A stretch of DNA of 64,000 nucleotides from positions 1 to 64,000 of the forward strand of contig JBEKIG010000006.1 in assembly GCA_050011875.1 (NCBI GenBank), read 5' to 3'. The first letter of the stretch is position 1. Each line of letters starts with the position of its first letter. The notes below the pieces were generated by a model. That model did no database searches and was not told the origin of the DNA. It saw nothing but the letters and a program-made list of their open reading frames with translations. This document shows, one piece after another, positions 59,446-64,000 of the stretch. This stretch comes from Nitrososphaeria archaeon (GTDB lineage Archaea; Thermoproteota; Nitrososphaeria; JACIWG01). A program made the position numbers and the translations under genes.

Positions 59446-60618
59446 CTACTCGTAGGTCCTTATGCCTGTCCTGTGTTTCTCTATGAAATCCCAATTCAGT
59501 TCCACGCCAAGGCCAGGCCCCTCGGTGATCTTAATATTCCCTTCACTGTCGATGGCGTTAAGTCCCTGCTTGTGCCCACTGAGATAGAGTTCCTCGGGCT
59601 CCCATATGTCAACCTTCGGGTGAACCAGTCCCCATTCTAAGAAGTTGGTGTTCCTAATCGCGGCCATACACTGCTGACAGGTGATGCCTCCTCCATGCAT
59701 CTCTACATCTAGACCGAAGCCCTCTGCCGCGTGGGCTACCTTCATGACCCCAGTAATGCCTCCATCTTTGTCGACATCTCCTCGGACGAAGTCTGTGCCT
59801 TCGGCGACGATGAAGTCGACCTTTGGATAGACAGTGCGGAGATGCTCGGTTTGGAGCAGAGGAGTCTTCAGCAGTTGGCGGAGCTTGCGGTGGGCGAAGG
59901 CAGAGATTCCCCCGTCCCTGAACGGGTCCTCTAGCCAGAAGAAGTTCTCCTCATCACAGGCCCTCCCGATCTCTAGGGCATTCGCCCATGTCGGGTACTC
60001 GCAGGCAGGGTCAATCATGAGCTTCATCTTGTCACCAATCCGTTCCCCAACGGCATGTATCGTCGCGATCTCCTGTTTGATGCGTTTAGGCGTGTCAAAG
60101 CCCCACCCGTGGATCTTGAAGCCAGTGTACCCCATCTTCAAGCACTGCTCAGCGAAATCGGCGTAGGCATCAGGGCTGTCAAGACCTCCTTTCAGATTGT
60201 CGGCATGCATAGTACTAGCGTAGGCTGGCAGGGTTTTCCGGTAGTAGCCTAGAAGTTCGTATATCGGCGCATCGAAGTACTTTCCGGCCAAATCCCAAAG
60301 GGCAACATCTATCGGCGCCAGCCCTAGGCCTGCAAAATGCCTGAGGCCCCGCCAAATGTTTGACCAGAGATACTCCCGTTCAAGGGCGTTCTTGCCTATG
60401 AGGAAACGCGAGATAATGGGGATGGTGAAGAGGTCTCCTGTCAAGAATTCTCCGATTTGTCCACCGTCCGTGAAGATCCTGAGCACGCTGCCTTGACTCT
60501 TGATTACATTACCTGGTCTCCAGACCATGTTGAAGCCGTAGTCATAGCCTACATTTCGTCTCTTGTATTCAAACTCGTCCACCACTATTTTCTTTATCAA
60601 TAGTTTTTCCTTAGTCAA
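59446..60618 (-). CDS. Mandelate racemase/muconate lactonizing enzyme family enolase
   Basis: DVALWDLAGK, FKIH, LMIDP, WLEDP, PGLGVE. Confidence 0.9.
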   Translation of the reverse strand: MTKEKLLIKKIVVDEFEYKRRNVGYDYGFNMVWRPGNVIKSQGSVLRIFTDGGQIGEFLTGDLFTIPIISRFLIGKNALEREYLWSNIWRGLRHFAGLGLAPIDVALWDLAGKYFDAPIYELLGYYRKTLPAYASTMHADNLKGGLDSPDAYADFAEQCLKMGYTGFKIHGWGFDTPKRIKQEIATIHAVGERIGDKMKLMIDPACEYPTWANALEIGRACDEENFFWLEDPFRDGGISAFAHRKLRQLLKTPLLQTEHLRTVYPKVDFIVAEGTDFVRGDVDKDGGITGVMKVAHAAEGFGLDVEMHGGGITCQQCMAAIRNTNFLEWGLVHPKVDIWEPEELYLSGHKQGLNAIDSEGNIKITEGPGLGVELNWDFIEKHRTGIRTYE

Positions 60619-60638
60619 ATATAGACACTATCAAACTA

Positions 60639-62194
60639 TCTTCAATTCCCAACTTATTATTATTTATAAAAAGTTTTATTCCACTATTTCGGATCTCACA
60701 TTATAGATCATATTGATGGAATATAATTCGACGAAGTTATCAAAGTTAGTTATATTGTGGACTAGTGGAGATTGAGAAGTGGCATTGAAAATGACTTCAA
60801 GCCTTAAATACCTTGTGTTCTAATATTTTAATTTGTTGTCAGCCCAGAAATCTGAGGACGACGGCCTTCAGAAGGAATGGGATGCCGCCAGGGACGTGCT
60901 TAAGGCCTTTGACGACCGTATTGATGCGCTCAGGAGGAATGGTTTCAGTTTCGTCACAGCCCTGTTAGCAGCACAGTCTCTCCTCATCCCTTATGTTGCA
61001 GGAAGCACTGGTAATAGCAGTTCACTTCCAGATAACGTCAAATTCGTTATCGTGTCTGTTACGATGTTGCTCGTATTCACATTGAAGCTAATCGAAGGCG
61101 GGTATCAGTCATTTGAACGTGCAGCAACTACCAGGGCATTAGTTATCGAAAAGAAACTGAATATAGAATTGACTGAAATCATCGACTTAAGATTTAGAAA
61201 GGATCACATCCGATTGTGGATGACTCTCGTATACGTGCTTTTCATAATCGGCGCTCTACTTGTCGGTTGGTTCAGCATCATTGATCCATACTGGAAGAAT
61301 CTTCTCATCCTCTCTACAACAATGGCTATAATCGGCACGGTGGCCCTAAACTGGGTGTTCAATTTGAAGTTCCCCTATGGTGAAGAGGACTGGACAATAG
61401 AGAAGTTGGAATGCGGTCTAAACGACGAAGTCGGAATAACAATGACTAACCTGAGCGGACACAGAGTAATTGAATTGAATGAAGAAGATCTGCTATGGGA
61501 AATCAGACCTGAAGGCTATGATCGTCCGGTCCACATAGAGAAGGCAAAGGTCCATTCTGTAATTCCCCCTAAAGCCTGCTTCACTTGGTCTTGGAAGGTC
61601 AAGAGCGAAGAAGGGTGCCTGCCGGTCGTGCCTGGAGTATATTGGGTATTCCCGACTCAATCCAAAAGAGATGGACGCGAGAGGTATCGGGACTATCGGA
61701 GGCTTGGGGAAGCTCCTCTCACTAATGTGAAGAACAAACTATTGCGAAGAAAAGTCAAGGGGATTCCAATGCCACTCCCAAGAGCGGTTAGAGTCGTAGA
61801 CACATCCAAGACTGAACCAGCCATGGATAACACGAAAGCCCAAGTTCAGACTAATTAAGATATAACGAAACCGAGACGGTTTAACACCCAAATATGACAT
61901 CTAACATAACCCTGCTCCCAAGTAATTCTCTTCTCGATATGATTGGAGGTGGTCATCTTCGTTTCACCAGGTACCACTCTCCATTTCGCCCTTGTTAGGC
62001 GGTTTGACTTTAGGTAGTTCGCACTTGAGGATACCACACTAGATTTAATCAAAAGATGATGTCAAGAAAATATGAATGGATGAGAGAAGATTCTACTTCA
62101 ATTAGATTATAAGGAGATATATGAGATTATAAGAAGATATAGTTGGGTTTTGGGGCTAAACTTTTATTTGATTTCTTCAATTCCCAACTTATTA
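60639..62194 (+). repeat. 21-bp perfect direct repeat flanking a 1.5-kb segment
   Basis: TCTTCAATTCCCAACTTATTA at 60639-60659 and 62174-62194. Confidence 0.8.
60833..61858 (+). CDS. Hypothetical membrane protein (4 TM plus beta-rich C-terminal domain)
   Basis: 341-aa ORF; EWDAARDVLKAFD followed by TM pairs. Confidence 0.7.
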   Translation: MLSAQKSEDDGLQKEWDAARDVLKAFDDRIDALRRNGFSFVTALLAAQSLLIPYVAGSTGNSSSLPDNVKFVIVSVTMLLVFTLKLIEGGYQSFERAATTRALVIEKKLNIELTEIIDLRFRKDHIRLWMTLVYVLFIIGALLVGWFSIIDPYWKNLLILSTTMAIIGTVALNWVFNLKFPYGEEDWTIEKLECGLNDEVGITMTNLSGHRVIELNEEDLLWEIRPEGYDRPVHIEKAKVHSVIPPKACFTWSWKVKSEEGCLPVVPGVYWVFPTQSKRDGRERYRDYRRLGEAPLTNVKNKLLRRKVKGIPMPLPRAVRVVDTSKTEPAMDNTKAQVQTN

Positions 62195-62413
62195 GTTTTG
62201 CCAGAACTGAGGACAATATAAGACACCCCCGATCACTAGGGGTGATCTTGAAACAATAAGGCTCCGAATAACTAATCCACATCTTTTGTGAGAGAACCGT
62301 TTAGAGCATGCTTACTCTTTCTCGAAGATCAGTGCACATGTCACAAATATTAGGTATCTGCTCATTGGAACTCTAACACTTGCTCTAATCATCGAAATAG
62401 ATTGATATCTGTC

Positions 62414-63415
62414 CTATGTAAAGTATGGGCCTTTCGGAGGAACTATTTGGTCAATCCTTTCTAGATCCTCTTTACCTAAAACAAGCTCGGTAGCGCCAAA
62501 GCTTTCTTCAAATTGCTGAACACTTGACGCGCCTACAATTGGTGCTGTGATAGCGGGATTAGCCAACATCCAAGCTAGAGCAACCTGAATCAACGGCCGT
62601 CCAAGTTGCTTAGAAAAGTCTTCCAGTTTCTGTACTATTTTGGTGTTGTTAGGATTTTCCCAAGATAACCCTTTGTACATCTTAAAGAACGTAGGGCTGG
62701 TGGTGGCTCTACTACCAGCAGGAGGTGGAGCATCAGCTTTGTATTTTCCTGACAGAACTCCGCCAGCAAATGGGGCGTAAGGCACGATACCGATTCCTTG
62801 ATCCATGCATAATGGTATTATTTCTCGTTCAATCTCTCTGTTAAGAAGGTTATAGAGAGGTTCTATAACTACAAAGCTTTCAAGATCGTAGACCTCACTA
62901 GTCCATAAAGCTTTGCATAGTAGCCAAGCTGAAAAGTTCGAACATCCAATATAATGAACCTTACCACAGCGAACTAGATCAGAAAGAGCACCAAGGGTCT
63001 CTTCTAAGGGAACAGGCTCCCCAACAATCCCCTTAATGTTATCGACGTTACTTTCCCTATGAAGGTATAAAATATCGATGTAATCGGTGTCCAGCCTTCT
63101 AAGGCTTTCTTTTACAGCGTACATTATATGCTTGCGACTTAATCCTTCATCGTTGGGGCCTTCGCCCATGCGGTGTCTTACCTTTGTAGCTAGGACAATC
63201 TGTTCTCTCATGCCTTTGATCGCTCTGCCGATGATCTCTTCAGATCTTCCTTTAGCGTAGATGTTTGCTGTGTCGATAAAGTTTACACCGAGGTCTACAG
63301 CTCTTTTTATGATACTAGTTGCTGTAGTTTCATCGACAGTAGAACCGAAATATGCGGTCCCCAAGCAGATTTCTGAAACATTGACGCCACACTTTCCAAG
63401 ACGCTTGTACTTCAT
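62414..63415 (-). CDS. Aldo/keto reductase
   Basis: ICLGT, FIDTANIY, VLATK, LSRKHI, GCSNF. Confidence 0.92.
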   Translation of the reverse strand: MKYKRLGKCGVNVSEICLGTAYFGSTVDETTATSIIKRAVDLGVNFIDTANIYAKGRSEEIIGRAIKGMREQIVLATKVRHRMGEGPNDEGLSRKHIMYAVKESLRRLDTDYIDILYLHRESNVDNIKGIVGEPVPLEETLGALSDLVRCGKVHYIGCSNFSAWLLCKALWTSEVYDLESFVVIEPLYNLLNREIEREIIPLCMDQGIGIVPYAPFAGGVLSGKYKADAPPPAGSRATTSPTFFKMYKGLSWENPNNTKIVQKLEDFSKQLGRPLIQVALAWMLANPAITAPIVGASSVQQFEESFGATELVLGKEDLERIDQIVPPKGPYFT

Positions 63416-63509
63416 TAATATTCACTGAATTGATTGGAAGTGTTGCTGTAACTTATTTAAGTCTTGTCAATTCTTGGAATAGAGAGTTTTTTTAGCCTAT
63501 TTCCTTTAT

Positions 63510-63749
63510 CTATGATTCTATGCTAATATATTTTTTCAATATATTTACATAATGTTTGTAGTTATTAAATGAGACATCAAATAGAACTTTGTGATCAACA
63601 CTCGCTATGAATCCTCCTTCTTCGACAAGAGATGAGATTTTTCTTTTTACTTCTTCGTCTATTTCTGAGCCGCCTTTTATTAATATCCTCTTATCAATGT
63701 CTCCTATCAGAGGGAGCTTATGCCTAAAGTTACAAACATTGTTGATGTC
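63510..63749 (-). pseudogene. C-terminal fragment of a uroporphyrinogen decarboxylase family protein
   Basis: Manual translation without a start: LIGDIDKRILIKGGSEIDEEVKRKISSLVEEGGFIASVDHKVLFDVSFNNYKHYV. Confidence 0.65.
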
Positions 63750-63804
63750 CCCATATTTACATTAGAAAAGTTAAGTACAAGATATTAAATAAAGAAGTGA
63801 TTGT

Positions 63805-64000
63805 ATGTCGGAGAAAAGGGCTAAAGTGGGTGTTATTGGATGCGGTTTGATTGGTCAATGGCACCTCCGGACCATCGCGGAATTGCATGCTGGAGGACTT
63901 ATAGAGCTCGCCGCAGTCTGCGACATTGTCGAAGATAGGGCGAAGGCTATTGGCGAGAAGTATCACGTACCCTATTTCACATCAGCAGAGAAGATGTTGG
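63805..64000 (+). CDS. Gfo/Idh/MocA oxidoreductase (runs off the window)
   Basis: MSEKRAKVGVIGCGLIGQWHL...AVCDIVEDRAKAIGEKY. Confidence 0.85.
   Translation, partial: MSEKRAKVGVIGCGLIGQWHLRTIAELHAGGLIELAAVCDIVEDRAKAIGEKYHVPYFTSAEKML

Noticed and set aside
62224-62248. Overlapping alternative hairpins (CACCCC/GGGGTG and GATCAC/GTGATC)
   Set aside because: Single short occurrence with 6-bp stems; cannot be distinguished from chance or an ordinary operator.

Overview
Archaeal chromosomal window, most consistent with a Bathyarchaeia-like lineage (inferred from tandem PurP paralogues, TrmB, a stand-alone Lrp/AsnC domain, an AOR-family enzyme and grpE-dnaK-dnaJ; not verified by search). About 430-11340 is an AT-rich integrated or decaying mobile element. 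It carries an RHH plus Rep_trans-like replication module, a PD-(D/E)XK gene pair, a tandem-HTH gene, a broken Mrr-like nuclease and a Zn-ribbon plus HEPN pair, and it ends at a 3' tRNA fragment (Gly-like). Its most striking part is about 2 kb of non-coding DNA (4417-6368, continuing at 6880-7230). This holds four copies of a fixed-spacing bipartite motif (ATGAAG-N42/43-TTCCCAG[T/C]TAAA), separated by blocks of different short words phased at about 10.5-11 bp, plus short inverted repeats with a shared ACG[C/G]CGT core. A second AT-rich islet (about 33460-36200) has a tyrosine recombinase. The rest is metabolic and housekeeping cargo with several pseudogene fragments and a homopolymer frameshift. 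All calls are by eye from motifs; no database search was run.
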